NCBI GenBank assembly: GCA_016934735.1
Contig: JAFGSG010000052.1
Location: forward strand, 4,424-68,423
Reading direction: 5' to 3'
DNA length: 64,000 bases
DNA from: Spirochaetota bacterium
Lineage (GTDB): Bacteria; Spirochaetota; UBA4802; JAFGDQ01
Under the pieces are notes generated by a model, which worked only from the letters and a program-made list of their open reading frames with translations, was not told the origin of the DNA and did no database searches. Shown here piece by piece: positions 48,610 through 58,471 of the stretch (its first letter is position 1; each line of letters opens with the position of its first letter). The position numbers and the translations under genes were made by a program.

Positions 48610-51600
48610 ATGAAGAATTATAATTTACGCAGCATAGGCACGGTTGCTGAAAATGATTCATCCGGTAAAATAATAATCTCGAATGAATACATACCCGCTC
48701 TGCTTCACATTGGAAAATTCAGTCATGTTATTGTTTTCTGGATACGCCGGAACAGAAACATGCCGGATAAATTCAATTGCAATTCCGGTAAATTAAAACA
48801 GCTATTCGAAAAATATATAAAATATTCTCTCAGCCCGATTAATTTATCCGTTGCAAAAATAATTAATGTGAATGAAGAATCCGGCTCTATGGAATTATCC
48901 GGCTGTATCATTCCTGGCAGCGCGGTAATCGTGGATATAAAGCCATATTTCCCGGTCGAAGACAGAGTGAAGCAATGTCTTGTTCCTGACGAATTTTCTG
49001 TTTTGCCTCCGTTCGTTCCGGAAAATAATATTGCATTCTCCGGTCATGCGGTCATTCGTGAACACAAAAATTCAACGGCCGGAACAGCTTCCGGTACAGA
49101 AATCAAACAGAACGGCATTATCCGGAAAAAGGATGGTAAATGCCTGATCGAGCTGACAGACGCTGATTATAATTTTTTTGATTTTTTAAATAATTTTTCA
49201 CATATACAGATTCTCTGGTGGTTCAGCCGTTTTGAAAAAGACAACTTCCGCAAAACCACTCAGTGCGATCCTCCTTATGAAAAAGCCCCGAGAACGGGCG
49301 TCTTTGCTTCACGGTCACCTGTGCGCCCGAACCCGGTTGGTCTTACGACCGCGCGGATACTGGAAATCGTGCCGAAGAAAAAAATAATTGAAATAAATGC
49401 AATTGACGCTTTTGATAAAACGCCCGTGCTGGACATCAGACCGTATATTCCGTTTATCAACAGAGTTGAAAAATGCGTTGTGCCTGTATGGGTTGACCAC
49501 TGGAGCGAATGGTTTACAGAGCAGGAACGAGGATCAGGTTCAGAAAATATCGCATTAACTGATTCCGATTTCAGCAGACTCTGCAACTTATCCGGCTTTG
49601 ATAAAACACAGGCTGAACCCCAACCTGAACCTGTACCTATTAATGCATCTGTTATAGAAAATTCAGCAGGCGATTTTATTGCCGTAATCGGGGCAAAAGA
49701 GAACAACCTGAAAAATATTTCATTGAAAATCCCTAAAAATAAAATGACTGTCATTACTGGATTAAGCGGAAGCGGAAAATCAACGCTTGCTTTTGATACA
49801 ATCTATGCAGAAAGCAGACGAAGATTTATGGACAGTATTTCTTCGACCGGCAAGCAGTTCTTTAAACAATTCGAACGCCCGGCAGTTGATCAGATCCTGA
49901 ATTTGCCGCCTGCAATTGCTGTTGAACAGAAAGCAATAAGCAGAAACGCCCGTTCTACCGTGGGAACAGTATCGGAAATAAACGATTACCTGCGCCTGCT
50001 TTATGCGCGCATAGGAGTCCGCCACTGCCCTGAGTGCGGAAGAGCTGTTGAACCAAAAACAGCATCTGAGATCGCAAACCTTCTTTTAAATATGTACAAG
50101 GGTACATCCTTCACTATCGCGTCCGTAAAAGATAATAAACCTAAAGGAGAGTTTGCTGTCCCAGCAGGATCAGATGCTGCAGATTTTTCCGGTAAGTTAA
50201 ATCCAATTATTAAGGAGATACTTGAAAAAGAAAGCGGTGCATTTCAAGTTCTAATACCGGAAAACGATGCTTTTATTCTTCATACACGGAATCATTGTTA
50301 TTATTGCGGGAAATCATTCTTTGAGCTGACCCCTTCATATTTCAGCAATAACAATCCGGAAAGCATGTGCCCTGACTGCAGCGGCCTTGGAACACAAATG
50401 AACGTTTCACCTGACCTGATTGTAGCCTGTCCCGATAAATCTATTCTTGACAGCGCATCCGGCTGGTGGGGAGATCTGAAAAAATTCATCAATAAGCCTA
50501 CGGGCAACTGGATGAAAGGCGAAGTAATCGCGCTTGCGCAAAGTATGAATATTGATCTTGAAATTCCCTGGAATAAGCTTCCTGATGAATTCAGACAGAA
50601 AGCGCTCTTCGGCACCGAAGGAGAAACCGTGAATCTGAGTTACAGAGGTTCAAAAGGACGATCCGGCGATATTTCCCGGCCCGTTGAAGGAGCCGTAAAC
50701 CATATCAAACGTCTTTTCCGGGTTTCACATGGTAAAGCTTCAAGTGAATTTTATCTGCAGTTCATGGATGAAAAAGAATGTCCGGCATGTCATGGAGAAC
50801 AGCTTTCGTCCGAAGCCCGTTATATCACTGTTGCGGGTAAAAGATTTCCTGAAATAACCGCCATGTCAATCAATTCTTTGCATGAATGGCTGCGGAAGCT
50901 CCCGGAGAATCTTTCTAAAAACCAAATGGATATATCAAGGGAAATTATTGAATCGATTTTACAAAGAGCAGAATCACTGATAAATACAGGGCTTCATTAC
51001 CTTACATTAAAACGCTCCCTGCCTACACTATCCGGAGGCGAAGCTCAGCGCCTTCGTTTATCTACGCAGCTCGGATGCGGATTAACGAATCTTCTTTATA
51101 TTCTGGACGAACCTTCTGTCGGCCTCCATCACAGCGATCATAAAAAACTTATTAATACCATGAAACGCCTACGGGACAACGGCAATACATTAATTGTTGT
51201 TGAACACGACGAAGACACCATGCTTGAAGCCGATCATTTAATAGATATGGGCCCGGGAGCAGGTATGAACGGGGGTCAAATAACAGCCCAGGGCACGCCT
51301 GATGAAATAATGCAAAACAATTACTCTCTGACAGGCAGATATTTAAGAAAGAAAATAATAACAGGATCGGGTATAAAGAAAAATGCGCGAACAAATTACG
51401 GTTATCTGACACTTAAAGGCGCGTGCAAAAACAATTTAAAAAATATCAATGTATCTTTCCCCCTCGGTATGTTTATCTGCATTACAGGTAAAAGCGGTTC
51501 AGGTAAAAGCAGCCTTATTACAAAAACGCTTTCTCCTTTACTGAAATATTATTATGATCACGGTATTCTGATCAAAGGCGATTATGATGCACTTGAAGGC

Positions 51601-52362
51601 GCGGAGCTGATTGACAATGTTATTACAATAACACAGGAAGCAATCGGTCGTTCGCCGCGGTCAAACCCAGCGACATACACAGGTGTTTTTGAGGAAATCA
51701 GGGAAATCTTTGCTTCAACGCCACAGGCGAAAAACAGGAAATACACAGCAAACAGATTCAGCTTTAACAGTAAAGACGGCCGCTGTGATTCATGCGAAGG
51801 CGACGGCAGGAAAAAAATTGAAATGAATTTTATGCCTGACGTATGGATTACCTGTCCTGATTGTGATGGAAAACGTTTTAATAAAGAGACACTTGAAATA
51901 ATCTTTAAAAATAAAAGCATTGCCGATATTATGGAAATGGATATTAATGAAGCCGCTATTTTGTTTTCCGATAACGGCAAAATTTCGCAAATTTTAAATA
52001 CCCTTAAAGATGTCGGGCTGGGATATCTAAAATTAGGACAAAGCGCTCTGACTTTATCCGGCGGTGAAGCGCAAAGAGTGAAATTATCCAGGGAATTGAG
52101 CAAAATAAAAACCGGAAAATGTATATATATTATTGATGAACCGTCAACCGGTTTACATTTTTCAGATATCGACCATCTGCTTGTACTTATTCATCGGATA
52201 GTTGATTCCGGAAATACGGTTATTATTATAGAACACAATACTGACATTATTAAAAATGCCGACTGGATAATTGAGCTGGGGCCGGAAGGAGGCGATAATG
52301 GCGGCTATATTATATACGAAGGGACGCCTGATAACCTGATATACAATCATTACAGGAACTGA
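48610..52362 (+). CDS. UvrA-like (class II/DrrC-like) ATPase with two N-terminal TrmO/TsaA-like domains
   Basis: N-terminal DIKPYFP and GVFASRSPVRPNP...TPVLDIRPY; then two ABC cassettes (GLSGSGKS, LSGGEAQR, DEPS), Zn-finger CxxC motifs and RSNPATY. Confidence 0.9.
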   Translation: MKNYNLRSIGTVAENDSSGKIIISNEYIPALLHIGKFSHVIVFWIRRNRNMPDKFNCNSGKLKQLFEKYIKYSLSPINLSVAKIINVNEESGSMELSGCIIPGSAVIVDIKPYFPVEDRVKQCLVPDEFSVLPPFVPENNIAFSGHAVIREHKNSTAGTASGTEIKQNGIIRKKDGKCLIELTDADYNFFDFLNNFSHIQILWWFSRFEKDNFRKTTQCDPPYEKAPRTGVFASRSPVRPNPVGLTTARILEIVPKKKIIEINAIDAFDKTPVLDIRPYIPFINRVEKCVVPVWVDHWSEWFTEQERGSGSENIALTDSDFSRLCNLSGFDKTQAEPQPEPVPINASVIENSAGDFIAVIGAKENNLKNISLKIPKNKMTVITGLSGSGKSTLAFDTIYAESRRRFMDSISSTGKQFFKQFERPAVDQILNLPPAIAVEQKAISRNARSTVGTVSEINDYLRLLYARIGVRHCPECGRAVEPKTASEIANLLLNMYKGTSFTIASVKDNKPKGEFAVPAGSDAADFSGKLNPIIKEILEKESGAFQVLIPENDAFILHTRNHCYYCGKSFFELTPSYFSNNNPESMCPDCSGLGTQMNVSPDLIVACPDKSILDSASGWWGDLKKFINKPTGNWMKGEVIALAQSMNIDLEIPWNKLPDEFRQKALFGTEGETVNLSYRGSKGRSGDISRPVEGAVNHIKRLFRVSHGKASSEFYLQFMDEKECPACHGEQLSSEARYITVAGKRFPEITAMSINSLHEWLRKLPENLSKNQMDISREIIESILQRAESLINTGLHYLTLKRSLPTLSGGEAQRLRLSTQLGCGLTNLLYILDEPSVGLHHSDHKKLINTMKRLRDNGNTLIVVEHDEDTMLEADHLIDMGPGAGMNGGQITAQGTPDEIMQNNYSLTGRYLRKKIITGSGIKKNARTNYGYLTLKGACKNNLKNINVSFPLGMFICITGKSGSGKSSLITKTLSPLLKYYYDHGILIKGDYDALEGAELIDNVITITQEAIGRSPRSNPATYTGVFEEIREIFASTPQAKNRKYTANRFSFNSKDGRCDSCEGDGRKKIEMNFMPDVWITCPDCDGKRFNKETLEIIFKNKSIADIMEMDINEAAILFSDNGKISQILNTLKDVGLGYLKLGQSALTLSGGEAQRVKLSRELSKIKTGKCIYIIDEPSTGLHFSDIDHLLVLIHRIVDSGNTVIIIEHNTDIIKNADWIIELGPEGGDNGGYIIYEGTPDNLIYNHYRN

Positions 52363-52366
52363 CTAA

Positions 52367-53011
52367 ATGAATTCTAATAAATTTATAATTACAGACGAAT
52401 GCAGAAAAAATCTGCTTAAATATACCTTAAAAGCATTTTCATATATTCCGGAAATTGATGATCCTGTAATACTGGACATCGGCTGCGGTACAGGCGTACC
52501 GACTGTTGCTTTAGCTGAAAATTTCAGCGGAATAATATACGCGCTTGACTCAGACAAATCTAGTTTAGATCGGCTTCAGGAAAAAGTGAATCAATTAAAA
52601 TTCAAAAACAAAATTAAAATAATTCATTCTTCTTTTAATGATGATCTTAAATTTATTGAAAAATTCGATATTATTTTAGCGGAAGGATTTCTTAATGCTG
52701 TAGGATTTGAATACGGATTGCCTATCCTTTTAAAGAATCTAAAAAAAGCAGGTTATTTCATAATCCATGATGAAATAAAAGAAGATACACATAAAAAAGA
52801 TTTATTTAAAAAATACGATTTGCAACTCATAGACTCATTCAGGCTGGAAAAAAACGAATGGTGGGATGATTATTACAATTGTCTGGAAGCAAAGATTATT
52901 AAGTTAAATGATAAGTCGTTATTTCAGAATGAAATATCCGAAATAAATCAATATAAAAAAGATCCAGAAAAATTTAAGTCATTATATTACATCCTGCAAA
53001 ATAAAAATTGA
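52367..53011 (+). CDS. class I SAM-dependent methyltransferase
   Basis: ILDIGCGTG and FDIILAEG motifs. Confidence 0.9.
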   Translation: MNSNKFIITDECRKNLLKYTLKAFSYIPEIDDPVILDIGCGTGVPTVALAENFSGIIYALDSDKSSLDRLQEKVNQLKFKNKIKIIHSSFNDDLKFIEKFDIILAEGFLNAVGFEYGLPILLKNLKKAGYFIIHDEIKEDTHKKDLFKKYDLQLIDSFRLEKNEWWDDYYNCLEAKIIKLNDKSLFQNEISEINQYKKDPEKFKSLYYILQNKN

Positions 53012-53041
53012 TCCTTACATTGAGTTTCCATAAACGATCAG

Positions 53042-53794
53042 CTATGCTGCTAAAGATGGATGATTTCTTTTCCTGTTTATTATTAACCCGGCAATAATAA
53101 CACAAATTCCAATAATCAGAATTACTGATCTTGCCTGCGGATATAAAAGATCAGATACTTCTGCTGACTGGACAAGCACATCATAACATGCACCAACTCC
53201 CCAGAAGAACGGATATATAAGCAGAGCGCTGTTGGCTATTCTGAAAACTAAAGCGTACATTATCCCTACGAATAATAATTTGCCGAATTCAGGCTGGAAG
53301 CCTGCGTGATGCAACGAGTAAAATACGGCCGCAATCAGTATTGCCGGAATGATCCCGAATGATCGCTCTGTTGCAGTTCTTATATAGGAATAGAACACGA
53401 TTGTTTCGAAGATGCCAGCGAGCATTATATATGCCATTTTCCAGAAGATTTCGCCGGTAAAAACAAAATTATCTGGCAAAGGAACTTCATTAAGGAACAT
53501 GAATAGAAGAAGGCCGCCAAGTATCAAATTAATCGGCAGGAAGATATACCATTTGCTTACATGCAGACCGTATTCCTTATAGCTTTGTTTTCTGTTTATC
53601 ATAAATAAAGGCAGTCCGATTCCGAACAGCAATATCATGAGAATGTCTCTGAGAAATATTGAAATGAAGTAATTTTCAGAAGCGTAAATCATCGCAACGG
53701 ATAATCCTACAACAATTATTCCGACCGCTATTGATATCATTGCATCCGGCTGCGGATTCCATTTGAATAATTTTTTTATAAATCTTTCTTTCAT
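53042..53794 (-). CDS. CPBP (CAAX/Abi) intramembrane protease family protein
   Basis: Multi-TM; FETIVFY and FYSLHH motifs (partly degenerate). Confidence 0.75.
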   Translation of the reverse strand: MKERFIKKLFKWNPQPDAMISIAVGIIVVGLSVAMIYASENYFISIFLRDILMILLFGIGLPLFMINRKQSYKEYGLHVSKWYIFLPINLILGGLLLFMFLNEVPLPDNFVFTGEIFWKMAYIMLAGIFETIVFYSYIRTATERSFGIIPAILIAAVFYSLHHAGFQPEFGKLLFVGIMYALVFRIANSALLIYPFFWGVGACYDVLVQSAEVSDLLYPQARSVILIIGICVIIAGLIINRKRNHPSLAA

Positions 53795-53956
53795 ACGAGA
53801 TCTCCTGATTTTTTCCTTCGCATCTGGATCTGTTAATATAAAACCCTATGTTTAATAAGACGAAATATTAAATTAATCATTGTAAATTAAATTTATATAA
53901 TTCTTTGTTAATAGTATATTACAGCTGATCCAATGTCAAAAAATTTAAAAAAGTCA

Positions 53957-53987
53957 TTGACCTTCCAGTTACTGTAATAGCGAGACT
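53957..53987 (+). promoter_or_regulatory. MerR-type promoter with 19-bp spacer and dyad
   Basis: TTGACC, 19 bp, GAGACT, with the near-palindrome TTCCAGT-T-ACTGTAA in the spacer. Confidence 0.55.
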
Positions 53988-54023
53988 CGATCCAGTTTAT
54001 AATTCAAATGGAGCAGGTATTAT

Positions 54024-54833
54024 ATGTATTCAATCGGACAGTTTTCCACAATAACAAAGATCCCGTGCAAAACGCTTCGGTATTATGATGAAATTGGCCT
54101 CCTGAAACCCGCTATGACAGATGATGATAATAATTACAGGTATTATGATCACAATTCAGTTCTACAGGCTCAGCAGATTTTAATTTATCGTAATTGCGGA
54201 ATGCCTCTTGAAAAGATCAGAGAACTTCTTGAAGAAACAAAAGATAAGGAAAATCTGTACGAAATTCTGATTACCCAGTTATCGGTTCTGGATCAGAAAA
54301 TAAATGAGACACATACCAGCCGCTCCAGATTGGAAGAAATCATCAAATCACTGGAGGGAGAGAAAATGTATCCTGTTGAGTTAATTATAAAAGAGGATCA
54401 GCATGTTATCAGCATGCGTCAGAGGGGGAATCATGAAACGATTTCCGCAATTTTAAGCAAGTTGTTTGAAACAGCTGCTGTGGAAAAATTAACAATTGCA
54501 GGGCCTCATACAATTATATGGCATGAAGAAAAAGATTTTTCACGCGACGACGTTGATATGGAAATATATGTTCCGATTGAAAACAGCGCGGGCGTCAGTT
54601 GTGGATTATTTCAGAAAATGCCGGCTGGAGATTTCTGCCGTACAATGTACAAAGGGAGCATGACAACATTAAGTTCAGCTTACGAGAGGATTTATGATTT
54701 TATCAGCAAAAATCATTATATAATCACAGGACCCTTTCGGGAAACATATTCGAGCAGGATGGGGTTCATAAATCCAAACGAAATGGAAATAGAATTATCC
54801 GTTCCTGTAATACAAAACGCAAAGGGGAAATAA
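54024..54833 (+). CDS. MerR family regulator with GyrI-like domain (BmrR-like)
   Basis: YSIGQFS, TLRYYDEIGLLKP and YRYY motifs; C-terminal GyrI-like domain. Confidence 0.92.
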   Translation: MYSIGQFSTITKIPCKTLRYYDEIGLLKPAMTDDDNNYRYYDHNSVLQAQQILIYRNCGMPLEKIRELLEETKDKENLYEILITQLSVLDQKINETHTSRSRLEEIIKSLEGEKMYPVELIIKEDQHVISMRQRGNHETISAILSKLFETAAVEKLTIAGPHTIIWHEEKDFSRDDVDMEIYVPIENSAGVSCGLFQKMPAGDFCRTMYKGSMTTLSSAYERIYDFISKNHYIITGPFRETYSSRMGFINPNEMEIELSVPVIQNAKGK

Positions 54834-54835
54834 CA

Positions 54836-55546
54836 ATGGATAACAACAAAAAAAATTTATTACTGACTTTGACCGACTATTTAGCGTGGACATTGTTCCT
54901 GGCCCTGGGCAGCTTTTTATTCGTAACAATAAAAAACAACGAAGCTCCGGGAAGCATTATCCTTGGAGTGTCATCCGCGGTTTTCGGAATAATTATTCCA
55001 TATCATCTCAGAAGAATAAAGATCAATGAGTACAGGTTCCTGCCGGAAAAAAAAATTATCCGGACAATAATCATAACCCTGATGTTTTTCGTGTTCTGCA
55101 TATTTATTTTCCCGTCCGGATTTCTGGGAACTGATAATACATTTAAATTTTTTAGCAATATTCCTGATCCCCTGACAATCATCTCAACATTTTTATTTCT
55201 GCTGTTCTCTGCGGCTGTTTATGGATTTATTTTCTGGGGAGGATTGCTGTACGCTGTGAAAAATAACTCGAATAAAATCATTGCTTTGTTAACGACCAGC
55301 GTACTGTTCAGCCTTTATCATTTTTCGCAGTTCCCGTTTACGCCGGTTACTTTTCCATTCCTTGCGTGGATGTTTATCTGGGCGGTTATGTTAACAGCGC
55401 TGACATTAATAAACAATTGTGTTCTTCCGACAATTATTGTGCATCAGTTCGGACAGTTTGTTTACTTTGCTTCTTCAAAAGAAAATCCGTTCACGGAAAT
55501 TAAAAGTTCAATAACCAGTTTTGCCCTTCTCGGGTTACTTCTTTAA
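54836..55546 (+). CDS. CPBP family membrane protein
   Basis: Multi-TM; LFSLYH and IIVHQ motifs; EE motif not seen. Confidence 0.7.
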   Translation: MDNNKKNLLLTLTDYLAWTLFLALGSFLFVTIKNNEAPGSIILGVSSAVFGIIIPYHLRRIKINEYRFLPEKKIIRTIIITLMFFVFCIFIFPSGFLGTDNTFKFFSNIPDPLTIISTFLFLLFSAAVYGFIFWGGLLYAVKNNSNKIIALLTTSVLFSLYHFSQFPFTPVTFPFLAWMFIWAVMLTALTLINNCVLPTIIVHQFGQFVYFASSKENPFTEIKSSITSFALLGLLL

Positions 55547-55629
55547 ATATATTTTTTAATATTCAGAAACTCTAACAAGATAAAAACATCCTGATAATAT
55601 CAAGCTGCAATAAAATATAAATCGCTTCA

Positions 55630-56544
55630 TCAGATCAGTGAATATACGAATGGCCAGGCCATGTAAGCAGAGAATAAAAGAATAATAGAATATGAAGCTA
55701 TCTCCAGGATCGCGGCTATTCTTGCAAGCCTTGTTTTATTTTGCTTTATCCTCGCAAAAAGCGTCTCCCTGCCTGCATAAGCAATATATCCTGATACTGA
55801 GATCACTATTCCCATGCCTAAAGACATTGCAATGACTCCAGCAATGCCTGCTGCGATAAGATCAAGATAAATTGAAAGCAGCAGAACCATGGTAACTCCC
55901 GGACACGGCACAAGGCTTGTAACTATTATGACTGAATACAATTTTGCTTTTTTATTATCAGAAGGGAGTTGCTCCTTTTTAGCAAAAAGAGATAACGCCC
56001 TTGCTGCAATAAAAGAAACCGCAATTATAACAAGAGCTAAAAACGTGAAACCTTCCATGTAAATATATACTCTGTCTGTTCCGGACAGACTGGCTATTGT
56101 CTTCTGAACAAGCCATATCAAAAGTATTATAAAAATGCTTACACCTGCATGTATCCCTGCAGAAAGAAATCCGGCTGCAGCAGGTTCAGGCAGCCTCGCT
56201 TTTCTGGAAAGGAAAAGAGAAAATATAACGGTTTTCCTGTGACCAGGCCCCATGGCATGGAAAAGCCCGTACATAAATGAAGCTGCAATGAAAATTATAA
56301 TCAGGTCGCCCGAATCGCCGGACTTGATCTGTCTTAGTAGGCCTGCGATCTTATCCCTGTATTCGAATTGCAGATCAGTAAAAGGCCCAGTGCCTCCGGA
56401 TGCTACCGGCGGGGGAGCCGGTGTTATCTTTCCTTCTTCTCCGAAAAAAGGATTTGCTGACAGTGTATTCAGGAAGAATAAAAATAATAAACATGCGAAT
56501 CCTGCGATCGCTTTAATGTTTTTTATGATTTTTGACTTATGCAT
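55630..56544 (-). CDS. NicO/RcnA-type nickel/cobalt transporter
   Basis: YGLFHAMGPGHRK and LVPCPG motifs. Confidence 0.88.
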   Translation of the reverse strand: MHKSKIIKNIKAIAGFACLLFLFFLNTLSANPFFGEEGKITPAPPPVASGGTGPFTDLQFEYRDKIAGLLRQIKSGDSGDLIIIFIAASFMYGLFHAMGPGHRKTVIFSLFLSRKARLPEPAAAGFLSAGIHAGVSIFIILLIWLVQKTIASLSGTDRVYIYMEGFTFLALVIIAVSFIAARALSLFAKKEQLPSDNKKAKLYSVIIVTSLVPCPGVTMVLLLSIYLDLIAAGIAGVIAMSLGMGIVISVSGYIAYAGRETLFARIKQNKTRLARIAAILEIASYSIILLFSAYMAWPFVYSLI

Positions 56545-56556
56545 AATCCGGGGCTG

Positions 56557-57195
56557 CTATTCCTTGAAGAATAATCGGATTTCGTCAGGGTATGCGGTTT
56601 CAAGTCCGGGTTTCCATTTTTTATAGATGCGCATATCACTGGCCGCGCCCAGGGGGTTGTAATATACCGGATAATCTTTATTTTTAGCAATCTCAAATTC
56701 AGGAGATTTACCTGATGTTTGCTTTATTGTAACCGGGATTTCTGAATATTTTATATCACAATAAAAGCTTCTGTCAAATACGGCTATATAAAAATCATCT
56801 CCATAATTCATGCCCTGCAGAGGCACATAAAAGCAATAAAAAAGGAGATTGTCCTTCTGCCATGCCTTGAAATTTTCAACTTTTTTCGGATGCTGTCTCA
56901 TCTTATTCTTTCGTAAAAATAAAAAATATCCGTAATTCTTTAAATTTATGAATGCTCCGTTATAGATATCCTTTATTTCATTATCTTCAAACAATCCGTT
57001 TTTATTTTTATCAAATTCATGGATTACAGAAGCGCTGAAATAATCATCAAACTGCCATTCAACCCAGAATCCGGCGCATTTGTCTTCACTGTATTCAACT
57101 TCCAGTTTTGAGTATAGCCGGACATGAGGATGAGCCGAAACGGCTGTTTCAAATGCCAAAATAAGTACGAATAAAATTAATGGGATGGTTCTCAT
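56557..57195 (-). CDS. DUF1007 family periplasmic protein
   Basis: Signal peptide then AHPHV, WQFDDYFS and FDRSFY; commonly paired with NicO. Confidence 0.82.
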   Translation of the reverse strand: MRTIPLILFVLILAFETAVSAHPHVRLYSKLEVEYSEDKCAGFWVEWQFDDYFSASVIHEFDKNKNGLFEDNEIKDIYNGAFINLKNYGYFLFLRKNKMRQHPKKVENFKAWQKDNLLFYCFYVPLQGMNYGDDFYIAVFDRSFYCDIKYSEIPVTIKQTSGKSPEFEIAKNKDYPVYYNPLGAASDMRIYKKWKPGLETAYPDEIRLFFKE

Positions 57196-57862
57196 TGTTT
57201 GCATATAATTATTAAAGTTTTTATAATTTTCTTGATCAGCGTTCCACTCAGCCCGCAAGACGGTTAAATTCTTTGTACGGGGCAAATTATGAGGAAAATA
57301 ATATAACAGCAAAATAAATTTTTATAAAATTTAGTTACTCAAAGGTTTCTGATGAATAATTTATTTTCATAGTGAAAAAATAAAATTTTTTTCAGGTCTA
57401 CAGCTAAGTAAAATGCTGTTATCCGCCACGCTCTATTTAAAAACTTTTATAAGTTATTTGTCAACAAAGTATTCCTTAGAAATCAACAGCTTTCTTCTAC
57501 TATTTGTGATTGTTTTAAATTCATGCCGTTAATTCTTTCAAACAGCCATCCGGAGTAATTATCTTCCTTAAGTTTTAATTCGCAGCTTGCTTTAAAAACA
57601 GGTGGCTCAGTTATTATATTTTGTAACTTTACCGTTAAAACCAACATTTAAATAGTTTGGTAATTTTTTTACAATAAAAAATTAAAAATTACGTCATAAA
57701 TAATATAAGCAGAATAATTTTAAGGAAATTTAAGGTTATTTGCATGGTATATATCTGTTACTTAAGTAATGGTTATTAAATTCTAAATTTCTAAATAATA
57801 CGATTTTATTTTATTAATATGAAAGGAATAGGGAGGTGATGTATATTGAATAAAAATTGACA

Positions 57863-57885
57863 AAGAGTAAGGCAGCCATACTCTT
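57863..57885. promoter_or_regulatory. MarR operator overlapping the marR promoter
   Basis: AAGAGTAAGG-CAG-CCATACTCTT directly after TTGACA (57857-62); core GTAwGG-N3-CCATAC recurs at 58402-58417. Confidence 0.7.
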
Positions 57886-57893
57886 GTATTTCT

Positions 57894-58385
57894 ATGGCAA
57901 CAATCAAAAACGAATCCAGAACTGATAAACAAAAAGTCGGCTATTTACTGCTGAATTTGATACAATATTTCCTGAAAATCGATAGGAAAACCAGATATTA
58001 TGGAACCGATGTGCCCATTTATTATGCGGAAATTCATGTTATCAAGACTATTGCGGAAAATCCGGGCATTAATATAGGAGGACTGGCAAAATTACTAGGC
58101 ATAACAAAAGGTTCAGTCTCTGAGGTAATCAAAAAACTTGAGAAAAAAGGCCTGGTAATAAAAAATACAGATCCGAGAAATGCTTCACGACTGTCTTTAA
58201 TGCTGACTAAAAAAGCCGAAAAGGCCAACAATTATCATTTAAGATATCATATTGCTTTTAATGAAATCATTAGGAAGGCGTTAGGTGAAGCTGATGACAA
58301 AGAAGTCCGTTTTTTATTGATGTTTATTGATTACATGGTGTCGCAGGCAGACAGGCTTGAACAAATGATTAAGGATATGGATTAA
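57894..58385 (+). CDS. MarR family regulator
   Basis: EIHVI...LAKLLGITKGSVSEVIKKLEKKGLV. Confidence 0.9.
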   Translation: MATIKNESRTDKQKVGYLLLNLIQYFLKIDRKTRYYGTDVPIYYAEIHVIKTIAENPGINIGGLAKLLGITKGSVSEVIKKLEKKGLVIKNTDPRNASRLSLMLTKKAEKANNYHLRYHIAFNEIIRKALGEADDKEVRFLLMFIDYMVSQADRLEQMIKDMD

Positions 58386-58436
58386 TTTTTTTGCTATAAG
58401 TGTATGGTTGCCATACACTTATAGCAAAAAAATTAA
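58382..58436. repeat. perfect 55-bp palindrome centred on a second MarR operator
   Basis: TTAATTTTTTTGCTATAAGTGTATGG-TTG-CCATACACTTATAGCAAAAAAATTAA (26-bp arms). Confidence 0.9.
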
Positions 58437-58471
58437 GTTAGAAGTTATTAATATTTTCAGGAGGATATAAT

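Noticed and set aside
57200-57850. Cobalamin or NiCo riboswitch upstream of the DUF1007/NicO genes
   Set aside because: Plausible from context, but I could not find the conserved motifs by eye; an Rfam scan is needed.
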